A DNA stretch of 33,525 nt from Octopus sinensis. Taxonomy: Eukaryota. Each line of letters opens with the position of its first letter. The first letter of the stretch is position 1. Shown in pieces: positions 20,361 to 31,300 of the stretch. The DNA is taken from the NCBI RefSeq assembly GCF_006345805.1, contig NW_021829929.1:1-33525 (forward strand). Reading direction: 5' to 3'. Under the pieces are notes generated by a model. It was not told the origin of the DNA. It ran no database searches and saw only the letters and a program-made list of their open reading frames with translations. The translations under genes and the position numbers were made by a program.

Positions 20361-21969
20361 TAATAACCGAGTGTGAGAAGAAGGTATTCATTGTGAAATT
20401 TCAATAAAGGTTTTGTCTTGAGGTGAAAACGCGTGCATTCAGCAGCTGGGGTGTTTCTTACCAATACAATAAAACCTGGAGTAGAAACAGTACTATATAT
20501 ATATATATTTACTACTTGAATATGTCATGTTTTCCAATTTTATTAAAATAAACACAAAAGTTCTCGTTTAAAGGCAAAAAGGTAAGCCAAGTTTTCGTTT
20601 TTTTTAGTCTCATACAACATTCTCTGTAATTGTCTGTCTTGTGTCCCGATCTATGTAAGATCGCATGATTATAATAAAGATTTTATACTAATATGAATGC
20701 AAAACACCACGGAGGAATAAGTAAGCTTAAATAACTGACATAGCGACGAGGGACTGACTACTGTACCCTGAATATCGCCTGCTTTTCACGATAATGCGTG
20801 AGTGAAAGCAGGCACTCGCACACACCACATTATCTCTTATACGTAAAGGCGGCGAGCTGGCAGAAACGTTAGCACGCTGGGCGAAATGCGAAGCCGTATT
20901 TCGTCTGCCGTTACGTTCTGGGTTCAAATTCCGCCGAGGTCGACCTAGCCTTTCATCCTTTCGGGGTCGATAAATTAAGTACCAGTTTACACACTGTATT
21001 CAGCAGCTGGGGTGTTTCTCACAATACAATAAAACCCGAAGTAGAAACCACTATATATATTTTCTAATTTTATTAAACAAGAATCACACAAAGTTCTCGT
21101 AAAGGCAAAAGTAAGCCAAGTTTTCGTTTATGTCATATTACAACTAAATTTTAAAGTCTCATAACATTCTTTGTAATTGTCTATCTATGTAAGATCGCAT
21201 GATTATATATATATATATATATATATATGTATAGACATCTTTAAAACGGACTTCAACAGACAAATATTACTATAATGGATAATATAAGCATATAACTACT
21301 TATACACACACATACAATAAATACAGACATATAGCCACATATACACACACACGTGTGTATGTAATCGCGGTGGTGGTCATTTGTGTAGATTTGGTGTGAT
21401 TTCCTTTTTAAAAACAAAATAATGAATAATGCAAGAATATATTTATTTATAAAGTTTAAACAGAACATGGAATGAAATGTTTTAAACTGAACTAATAACC
21501 GACTGAGAATTAAAAAGGTATTCATGTGAAATTTCAATAAAGGTTTTGTCTTGTTGAGGTGAAAACGCGTGCATTCAGCAGCTGGGGTGTTTCTTAACAA
21601 TACAATAAAACCTGGAGTAGAAACAGTATTATATATATATATATTTACTATTTGAATATGTCATGTTTTCCAATTTTATTTTAAAAAAACCCAAAAGTTC
21701 TCGTAAAGGCAAAAGTAAGCCAAGTTTTCGTCATATTACAACTAAATTTTTAAGTCTCAGTCCCTATCAATGTAAGATCGCATGATTATAATAAAGATTT
21801 TATACTAATATGAATGCAAAACATCACGGGGGAATAGTAATCTTTAAATAGCAAACTGATATAGCGACGAGGGACTAACTACTGGACCCTGAATATCGCC
21901 TGCTTTTCACGATAATGTGTGAGTGAAAGCAGGCACTCGCACACACCCCATTACCTTTTATACGTAAAG
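20361..21969 (+). repeat. Spacer repeat in three copies (20361-20848, partial 20998-21207, 21493-21969)
   Basis: Shared blocks such as CAGCAGCTGGGGTGTTTCT and GTAAGATCGCATGATTATA; hairpin at 20777-20813 and 21898-21934. Confidence 0.9.
20848..20996 (+). mobile_element. SINE family B, 5' part with head
   Basis: GGCGGCGAGCTGGCAGAAACGTTAGC...GGTTCAAATTCCGCCGAGGTCGAC. Confidence 0.85.
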
Positions 21970-22400
21970 ATGTATGTACAGTAATACCCTTAATAAGCTT
22001 AACACAGCCACCAAAACAAAAAATCTTATAGCGGTAAAAAGTGTACAGACAGATTACTCGGTGGAGGTAAAAGGTTCACCCTGCACCCGAATTTAAGGAT
22101 TTGCAGTCTGCAAGAGAAATGCGGCCGGAGTTCTGACAGAAGCAACTTTTTTCACTTTTACAACTTTTCCGATTGTCAAAAGCCGTTAAAGGGTGGGTTA
22201 GGGATGCCTTGGCTGTTGATGCACAAGCATGCGCTGAGGTTGAGGCATCTTTGGCTCTACGTGGTTCCCGCTCGCAAAACAGATGTTCCCCAGTTTTCCG
22301 ATTGACCTCTGCACAATGGAACGATTATGCAATAACAAAGCTCATTAACTATATTAGCAGAAACAGCCGTCCCATGGTATGAATATCGGAGGGAAATATG

Positions 22401-22575
22401 GGTACTACTTAAGAAGCGTGGTCCTGGTGCGCGCACTCGTGATTAGTCGATCCTTATTTTGTATGTTTTTTATTTACCTTGTTTAAAAAAATTATTTTGC
22501 ATTATATACTTTGCTAGGTGATCGTAGGATCGACTAGCTAACGCGAGTGAGCGCACCGGGACCTTAAGTAGTACC
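22401..22575. mobile_element. MITE-like family 2, complete
   Basis: GGTACTACTTAAG..GGTCCTGGTGCGCGCACTCG..TAGTCGATCCT / AGGATCGACTA..CGAGTGAGCGCACCGGGACCTTAAGTAGTACC inverted termini. Confidence 0.8.
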
Positions 22576-23100
22576 GCAATATCTACCCCAAAATTAACTC
22601 CACCCGCATTAAGAGACTGCAGATTTTTACCACTGAACAATCGATTATAGTTAGCAAAGTACTAGATTGGTGACCGGGTACTAAACTTAATGTAACCAAA
22701 GCTACTACTACCATAATGCTCCTAAGTGTTACTAGACTTTCTAAAGAGAAATCTACCAGTCTCTGTGAATCAGCAATCGCATCCAAGTGTTTGCACAGAA
22801 TATTCTGCACTAGGGCGATGCAAGTGTCCCGAAATATCCAATTTAACGATAATAAAACGCAGATGGTCTGGGGGCAAATATTTCGTGCATCTGATTCCCT
22901 AACTTTGAGACGTATTTGCCATTTAAATATGGTTAACCCCTAAGGGTGGATGCTACTGTAGTTTGTAGCCCCAGGAGGACACCTCCAGTTGGCTTTAGAC
23001 ACTGTCTGTGCCCTCTCAGTGTTTGCAAAGGCAAGCCACCCTTCCCGTCAACTTATGAAACACACGGGCTTACCCCTAACGTTTCCCCGAGAAGGCGTAA

Positions 23101-23226
23101 CTTCGGTATAAGTACCGGATACATTTCAAGAAAGTGTTTTTATATATATAGGGGTTTAGGGTTGGTGGGAGAAAAAGGTTTATCTTCAGAAATGTAACAA
23201 AGCCACTTACGGTAGTTATACCGAAG
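23101..23226. repeat. Small element with 17-bp inverted termini
   Basis: CTTCGGTATAAGTACCG (23101-23117) vs CGGTAGTTATACCGAAG (23210-23226), one mismatch; interior resembles family 1 MITE. Confidence 0.55.
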
Positions 23227-23427
23227 GATCGCCCCCGAAACACACCACTAAACTAAATATTTCGTAAAGGACCGTACATAGGTGTGAAATAATTATTTTC
23301 GCCAAAAGGGTGTGAACCAAGTTTTCCCACCAAGGGGCACCTTGAAAACCAACAGCTGCAAAATAACATTAAACACAGAAGAAGCACATCGCGATTTAGA
23401 AGAGTTGACTTAAATTAAAAAGTGGGT

Positions 23428-23443
23428 GGCCCTGAAAAGGGCC
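23428..23443 (-). terminator. Histone mRNA 3' stem-loop (H4)
   Basis: GGCCCTTTTCAGGGCC then ACCCA on -. Confidence 0.95.
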
Positions 23444-23475
23444 GGTATGTTTCAAAGAAGCTCAAGGTTCTTAGC

Positions 23476-24477
<1,002 letters not shown>

Positions 24478-24506
24478 GTCGCCGTTGCTTTGTCAGCATA
24501 TTAAAT

Positions 24507-24522
24507 GGCCCTTTTTAGGGCC
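24507..24522 (+). terminator. Histone mRNA 3' stem-loop (H3)
   Basis: GGCCCTTTTTAGGGCC followed by GCCAC. Confidence 0.95.
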
Positions 24523-24681
24523 GCCACGTTATATCCTAAGTATTCTCTTTCGATCGTTGATATGCTACTCTCTTCTGTTTGTTCAGTTTCTGTTTTCTCT
24601 TAGTTTTTCTTGGTCAATGTTAAGGTCCTTGCTCCTTAGCGAAAACAGGAGAAAATCCAGCCAGCTGGGTGTTAGCAGTTG

Positions 24682-24939
24682 GGATCTTTTCGGTTTGTCG
24701 CTAAAGACTTAAACTTCGTATTCTGATAGAATGTGTTTATAAAACTGACGTCTATTGAGGTATAAAAACATTCTGTGCCGTATGGCTGTTGGGTTTATTT
24801 ATATTTCTGAAGAAAAAAGATACCCCACCCCTAGGCTTAAAACAGATTGAAATGCAATAGATCGATATTAGGGTCATAATTATGGGTGACAATTTCATGA
24901 CACCGCTAGAAAAAGCTGCCGTTCAGACCGAAAAAATCC
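24682..24939 (+). mobile_element. MITE-like family 1, internally deleted, both termini present
   Basis: Starts GGATCTTTTCGGTTTG and ends CTGCCGTTCAGACCGAAAAAATCC; no clear TSD. Confidence 0.75.
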
Positions 24940-25305
24940 AGTAATTGAGTAGAAATCGAATATGAATAGAAAGGATTTGCGCAAATGATCCTGATGGGTG
25001 GGGACCGGGATCCGATTTTACCCTCATAAAGCACATTTTCAGTTCCAAAAGCATACGATGTTTTGCGCTGGCTATTTTTTGTTGTTTCTGCACTTATTTT
25101 TTTGTATCTTTACTTTGTCGTTACTGCGGGAGATTTCTGATAGAAGAATGTGCAAAGGTGAGTAGATTGTTTACAGGTTTCTTTTGTTCTGTTATCGCAG
25201 TTTTGGAGATTTGGCTGTTATTTCTAGCACGTGGATAGCCTGCTTGGTGCCGACCGGGAATACGAATCTGCAAAAAAAATTGGCAAAAGTAGACATTTCT
25301 AGGCA

Positions 25306-25644
25306 ATCTTTCGTCTCTAGTAGACCTTTTTTTTTTAATATGGGCTTGCGGGAACTTTTGAAGTAATGAGAGCGAAAGAGACTAAGTGAAAGCGATTTTA
25401 TGACGAGGGAAGTTCTTTTGAAGTTACCGTCCAGGGGAAGCATTTATGTACATGTGTGTGTGTGTGTGTGTTTGATGGGGTGTGGGAGACAAAGTATGTT
25501 GTGTAAGTGAAGTGCTTCTGTTAGATAACTGAATTTTTTTACTCGGTGTATGTGTATATGTATGTATATTACTTCAAAAGTTCCTGCAAGCCCATATGTA
25601 AAAGAAAAAGTTTCTTACGGAAAGGTCTACTAGAGACGAAAGAT
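25306..25644. repeat. Inverted repeat with (TG)n-containing spacer
   Basis: 25306-25367 pairs with 25568-25644 (one indel block). Confidence 0.8.
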
Positions 25645-25830
25645 CGCACATTTCTATTATATAACCCCCACTTATTTCCTTTATTTTTCACTAATTTTTT
25701 TTCAAAATGTGCGTAAAATTTGGCATTCCTTCGATCAAAGCATTTCACTTCGGGTATTTCCGTGGGTTGTGGAGTATAGATATAACGAAATTATGCCAGC
25801 AATGTCTCGTTTTAAACTTGAAGAAAAAAT

Positions 25831-27452
25831 GGTTAATATAGGGCGTTACGATTATCAGAAAATCAAAAAAAAAATGTGTGTAATAGGTGTAAAACAACTT
25901 CCTATGAACGAATATGAAAAAAAAAATTCGCGCACGCGAAAGGGGGGTGGGGAGAGGCCTCGGAAAATTCACATCGGGAAGTTCCGAAAGCGTCTGAGGA
26001 GCTGACCCGGTCACCAAAACAAAAAAAAATAGTGTAATATGTGTAAAACAACTTGCTCTAAACGAATATGACAAAATAAATGCGCTCTCGCGAAAGGGGG
26101 GTGGGGAGAGGCTTCGGAAATTTCACATCTTCAGTCCACGGCCTTTAAACTAAGAAAAAATAGTGTAATTGGTGTAAAACTACTTGTTCTAAACGAGTAT
26201 CAAGAACACACATGAATCATAAACTCCGTATTTCGCAAAAAAAAAAATTAACAAAGAGAAGAAATTCTGGAAAAAGTGAAGAAATGTTGGATCTCATTCC
26301 TTGGTTAAAGCTATTTTAAACATTAAATTTATGCTTTTCTTTGAAATAGTTCAGATATATGCAATTCTTCTCCCTTATTAAGATGCATTTATCAGAAAAA
26401 AGAGACAGAAAAAATTATTATTTTGTGTCAATCCTTCCCTAATTATCCTTTATTAATTAGTTTTGGCGTGTATTTTTTTCCCAAATTTATTTTTTCACCT
26501 TTACAACACTGTTTAGTAAAGCAATTAATTATCTTTATAATTTGCATATTTGACTTATTAATCAAAATTCTCTCGATGTAATATATACTAAGTAATGCAT
26601 CCTTCATTTATGTGTTCCGTTCTGTATTATGCATGCGTGACTGTTTGTATGTAAGTGTGTTTAACTGTGCACATGAATGTGAATATTAAAGAACATATTT
26701 ATTTACTATGATTGTTATTTTCAGAACAAATAAATCTTTTGGCTGTTATGTTATTGATGTTATTATTATTGCTAGTTAAAGGGTGGTGACTTGGCTGAAT
26801 ATTTTGAGTCTTGTAGTATGTAGTTGTGTTAGTCAATATTCTGAGTTCAAATCCAACTCATTTCTTTATCATCATTATCGATGGACCACTCAAAGAGGTA
26901 TGTATACATTATCATTTTCGTAACATAATTTCTGTAATATTTCAAGATGTTTCTGACACGTATTTTGATTCACATGGCGGAGATCCAACATTTCTTCACT
27001 TTTTCCAGAATTTCTTCTCTTTATTTTTTTTTTTTTTGCGAAATACGGAGTTTGTGATTCATGTGTGAGTGTGTGTTCTTGATACTCGTTTAGAACAAGT
27101 AGTTTTACACCAATTACACTATTTTTTCTTAGTTTAAAGGCCGTGGACTGAAGATGTGAAATTTCCGAAGCCTCTCCCCCACCCCCCTTTCGCGAGCGCG
27201 CATTTTTTTTGTCATATTCGTTTAGAGCAAGTTGTTTTACACATATTACACTATTTTTTTTTGTTTTGGTGCCCGGGTCAGCTCCTCAGACGCTTTCGGA
27301 ACTTCCCGATGTGAATTTTCCGAGGCCTCTCCCCCACCCCCCTTTCGCGTGCGCGAATTTTTTTTTTCATATTCGTTCATAGGAAGTTGTTTTACACCTA
27401 TTACACACATTTTTTTTTGATTTTCTGATAATCGTAACGCCCTATATTAACC
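25831..27452. mobile_element. Foldback-like element: ~465-bp inverted arms built of sub-repeats, 686-bp AT-rich spacer
   Basis: 25831-26294 is near-identical to the reverse complement of 26981-27452. Confidence 0.8.
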
Positions 27453-27607
27453 GAAAAAAAGCCTTGCATATTTGTTCTTACCCGTTTCATGTGTGTATGA
27501 AAAGTCCGTTAAATTTCAAAGCAGAAAACAGAATCAAACTGTCATTTACTTCAACGGAAACACCCGAAGTGAGTTGTTAAACCTAAAATTTTAAAGATTT
27601 TTGGTGG

Positions 27608-27810
27608 GGTTCAGTCCCACTACGTGGCCCCTTGGGCAAGTGTCTTCTACTATAGCCTCGGGCCGACCAAAGCCTTGTGAGTGGATTTGGTAGAGGCCTG
27701 TCGTATATATATGTGTGTCTTACAAAGAATAAGTCCCGGGGTCGATTTGCTCGACTAACGGCGGTGCTCCAGCATGGCCACAGTCAAGTGGCTGAAACAA
27801 GTAAAAGAGT
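27608..27810 (+). mobile_element. SINE family A, internally deleted
   Basis: Head fragment joined to the tail AAGAATAAGTCCCGGGGTCGA...GTAAAAGAG. Confidence 0.8.
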
Positions 27811-28113
27811 TACGGTTTTAGGGTTAGTGTTGGGGAGAAAAGTCAGAATTGAAGAAGGTGGGGACGGTGGGAATTTCACAATGACGATTTTGGGCAAAAA
27901 AAGGGTTACAAAAATAAACAAATTTGGGAGAAAATGAGCTAGGGACGGGCGGAAGTCTTTCTACGTGGCCCGTCCGCAAAATGCTAAAAATAGCAGCTGC
28001 TATCCCTCACCTTGTCGAAGCACTGACACGTCCTGCATTCACGGTTTCCCCGATTGAAGAGGGCGCAATCGTACCCTGCTTGTGCGTGCTTCCTCCTCTA
28101 CTTAGCTCCCTAA

Positions 28114-28331
28114 CCTATTTCTTTGCTGCCCACAAGGGGCTAAACACAGAAGGGACAGACATAGGTATTAAGTCGATTGCATCGACCCCAGTGCATAACT
28201 GGTACTGAATTTACCGATCCCGAAAGGATGAAAGGCAAAGCCGACCTCGGCGGAATTTGAACTCACAACGTAACTGCAGACGAAATACCGCTAGACATTT
28301 CGCCCGGCGTGCTAACGTTTCTGCTAGCTCG
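28114..28331 (-). mobile_element. SINE family B, near full length
   Basis: Reverse complement of the 20848-type head plus family tail; a plus-strand fragment follows head-to-head at ~28345-28460. Confidence 0.85.
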
Positions 28332-28521
28332 ACATCATCCCAGAGATCTGAGTTCAGATTCCGTCAGGGTCGACTTTCATCGTTTCGGGGTCGATAAAAT
28401 AAGTCCCAATTGACTAGACCCACATCCGCCAAATTTCAGGGCTTGTGCCTCTAGAAGAAGGATATTTTTTAGTAGGAGGGATGGTTTAGTGTGAGAAAAT
28501 GTTAGTAATTGTATACGTTTG

Positions 28522-28709
28522 GGTACTACTGGCTAACAGTGGTTCAGGTGAGCGCACTCGCGCTAGCTAGACATAAGTGGTCGATCCTAAATAATTAAAA
28601 AACTATGTAAATGAATTATTTTTATAAACAAAGGTTAGGGTTAAAAAGTCGTAGGATCGACTACTTACGACTAGCTAGCGCACCGGGACCACTGTTCGCT
28701 AGTAGTACC
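28522..28709. mobile_element. MITE-like family 2, complete
   Basis: GGTACTACT...GTCGATCCT / AGGATCGAC...AGTAGTACC inverted termini. Confidence 0.75.
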
Positions 28710-29109
28710 TACAAAAAGTGCGTAGAAAACGAAAATGAAAAGAAAACAGCTCCATATAATATCCAGAGGAAGATTGTTACTAAAAAAATTCCAGCATTGA
28801 TTACAGGAAGGGATTAGATCTGAGAGAAATTTGTGTTGGTATTAATTCATTGAAAGACGATAAGGAAAATTAGTGAGTAAAGGGAGATAAGCAAGGGCAT
28901 GAGCCTAATTACGGGAAAAAGAAGCATTCGATCTTTAGATGGCTTCATAGGCTTATAACGGTGGTGGATCTCCGTCGTTTCACAACGAAGAGTCAATCTT
29001 ATGGTCAACTGATTTACTTGCACTTCACTGAGTATTTGCTGGTGTACAAGATGCATCCTTACTTTAGCAGAATATTTAGGACAGAAACCAGATTAATACG
29101 TTTCGTCAT

Positions 29110-29372
29110 TCAGCCATTGGAAAACGTTTTAAAGTAGTTTTGTGGAGAAAATGTGTCTGGTGCAATGTAAAAAGCAGTGATAACTCATAAAGCAAAGCAA
29201 TCATTTCCCATAGAAGCAATGTTATATATTGTAATTCATTCCCAGAAAAATATTTTACCAATAAAATTAATAATACTTGTAAATAAATGACAATAAAACA
29301 ACAGTAGAATGTAAAGAATATTTTATGTAAAGTCAAAAACAATGTCAAGATCATTTAGAATAGACAAAGAAA
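29110..29372. repeat. Fragment of the 643-2262 repeat family
   Basis: 29110-29150 matches 889-925 directly; ~29180-29372 matches 1020-1218 inverted. Confidence 0.75.
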
Positions 29373-29382
29373 TACTATTATT

Positions 29383-29714
29383 ATGTCTCTTTGAGACATT
29401 TAGAAATTTTATATTTCTATTTACGGTGACCAGTGAATAGATTTCACTGTAAATATATATATTTGTGAAGGCTGGACAGGCACCTCAATCAGCAGATCTC
29501 ACTATCCTGGGCTGATGACCGGTTAAGACCCAGAAGCATGTATGTCCTCAGGTGTGAATCTTGGCTGGACGGGGGTGCTTGCCTCCCCTTCGCAAATATA
29601 AGGACAGAGGAAATGTGTCAAGGCCGACAGGAAGCGTCGATGCTTCCTAGGGCTAAACAGCGGTGGTGTAATTCCCTTACGGGACTGTCACGTTATGTTG
29701 ACAGAATACAACCA
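29383..29714 (+). repeat. Ribozyme-bearing repeat unit, copy 1
   Basis: Colinear with 30044-30375 (offset 661). Confidence 0.9.
29506..29552 (+). ncRNA. Type I hammerhead-like motif, partly degenerate (GAAA->GAAG)
   Basis: Stem I CCTGGG/CTCAGG, CTGATGA, weakened stem II, GAAG, stem III, GTC; predicted cut after 29546. Confidence 0.55.
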
Positions 29715-29799
29715 CTCTATGTAAAACAATTTTGTATATATTACATGTAACAAAAAACAGAAATTAAAATGCAAAATAGTTTGTAAACTTTTCAGGAAG

Positions 29800-30079
29800 T
29801 GAAGAGGACAAATATTGATATTTATCTTGGTTCAAAAAGGCAAAAAAAATTTACCAGGAATTCACCATAGATTTATATAAAAAGAGTTATTATAGTTTTC
29901 CTTTTCTTATCAGAATATACACAAATTTTCTTCTGCGTATTTTTGTATTATATTCCTAGCAAGTATTACTACTGCTTCATTTCCATCAACTGTGAGCTTT
30001 GGTGATATCTGAAGATGCTGCAAACTCCTCCGTAAATCATTCCATGTCTCTTTGAGACATTTAGAAATTCAATATTTCT
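29800..30079 (-). pseudogene. Decayed C2H2 zinc-finger gene leader/5' fragment
   Basis: Reverse complement of 29941-30037 aligns without gaps to 10594-10690 at 72/97 identity (hand count); weaker similarity runs on toward the start of the finger array. The left boundary is approximate. Confidence 0.65.
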
Positions 30080-30400
30080 ATTTACGGTGATCAGTGAATA
30101 GATTTCAATGTAAATATATATATTTTGCGAAGACTAGACAGGCATTTCAACTAGAAGGTTTCACTATCCTGGGCTGATGACGGGTAAGACCCAGAAACAT
30201 GTATGTCCTCAGGTGTGAATCTTGGCTGGTAGGGGATGCTTGCCTCCCCTTCACAAATATAAGGACACAGGAAATGTGTCAAAGCCGACAGGAAGCGTCG
30301 ATGCTTCCTAGGGCTAAACAGCGGTGGTGTAATTCCCTTACGGGACTGTCACGTTATGTTGACAGAATACAACCATTCTATCGCTCCACCACCGCTTATT
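30044..30400 (+). repeat. Ribozyme-bearing repeat unit, copy 2
   Basis: Chain of hairpins around a hammerhead core; 30080-30400 is flanked by an identical 33-bp direct repeat (30047-30079 and 30401-30433). Confidence 0.9.
30160..30219 (+). ncRNA. Type I hammerhead ribozyme motif, intact core
   Basis: Stem I CCTGGG/CTCAGG extended by TTCAC/GTGAA across an internal loop; CTGATGA (30174-30180); stem II GGGT-AAG-ACCC; GAAA; stem III ACAT-GT-ATGT; GUC triplet, predicted cut after 30207. Confidence 0.8.
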
Positions 30401-30780
30401 TCTCTTTGAGACATTTAGAAATTCAATATTTCTGTTTTCAGATATATAGAGAGAAATGGATGGTGATGGAGATGTATGAGGACATACACAAAAGGTAGTG
30501 GTGGTGGGGGAATATTAGTGGTACAGAGGATAGAGGGGGATGTTTCATAGAAGTGTGAGGGGCTTTTGAATGTGTGTGTGTGTGTGTTACTATATCTTTG
30601 CCTTGAGACTGTGTGATAGTTGTGGGTGTCACTGCCATGCAAGCAATGTCCATCGCCAACCTGACACAAAAACATGTCAGGTCACAGGGAAAATATCTTA
30701 GTTTGAAATAGGTGAAGGTTGGCCACAGGAGGGACATCAGTACAGAAAACTCACCTCAAAAATTTCATCATGGAAGAATG

Positions 30781-31046
30781 TATTTCTTTACTACCCACAA
30801 GGGGCTAAACACAGAGGGGACAAACGGATCAAGTCGATTACATCGACCCCAGTGCGTCACTGGTACTTAATTTATTGACCCCGAAAGAATAAAAGGCAAA
30901 GTCGACCTCGGCGGAATTTGAACGCAGAACGTAGCAGCAGACGAAATACCTATTTCTTTATTACCCACAAGGGGCTAAACACAGAGGGGACAAACAAGGA
31001 CAGACAAACGGATTAAGTCGATTACTCTGACCCCATTGCGTAACTG

Positions 31047-31050
<4 letters not shown>
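30781..31050 (-). mobile_element. SINE family B, head-to-tail dimer fragment
   Basis: One truncated unit joined at ACGAAATACC|TATTTCTTTA (30950/30951) to a second tail. Confidence 0.8.
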
Positions 31051-31102
<52 letters not shown>

Positions 31103-31300
31103 CAAAGGGTAAAATGAATTAAGAAGTAATCAATAATTTCACCAAGTAGAATTCGGCATGAAAAAAGGACCAATTCACGGTAAACTTAAGTAATACTTAA
31201 TAATTAGGGTTCAGCAAATTATTATTAATTAGGGCTGCTATTTCTAAACTTCGGCATGTGGTAAAGCAAATATTTGCTGAACCCTAATTATTAAGTATAT

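Noticed and set aside
22612-22763. Short inverted pair AGAGACTGCAGATTT / AAATCTACCAGTCTCT
   Set aside because: Imperfect, single occurrence; too weak to call a MITE.
19560-23400. Histone H1, 5S rRNA or snRNA genes in the spacer
   Set aside because: No Lys/Ala-rich ORF and no recognisable 5S, U1, U2, U6 or U7-type Sm sequence seen by eye; an Rfam scan would be needed to exclude diverged copies.
25995-26020. Other CTGANGA matches (25995, 27169, 17167, 16576 on -)
   Set aside because: No properly spaced GAAA, or no pairing stems I and III.
29538-30498. Duplicated ORFs MYVLRCESWL... (70 and 99 aa)
   Set aside because: They start inside hammerhead stem III, have different C-termini and no recognisable domain; incidental frames of the repeat.
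30434-30498. Plus-strand exon after TTTCTGTTTTCAG
   Set aside because: Acceptor-like, but no supported ORF or partner exon; part of it is better explained as decayed zinc-finger leader on -.
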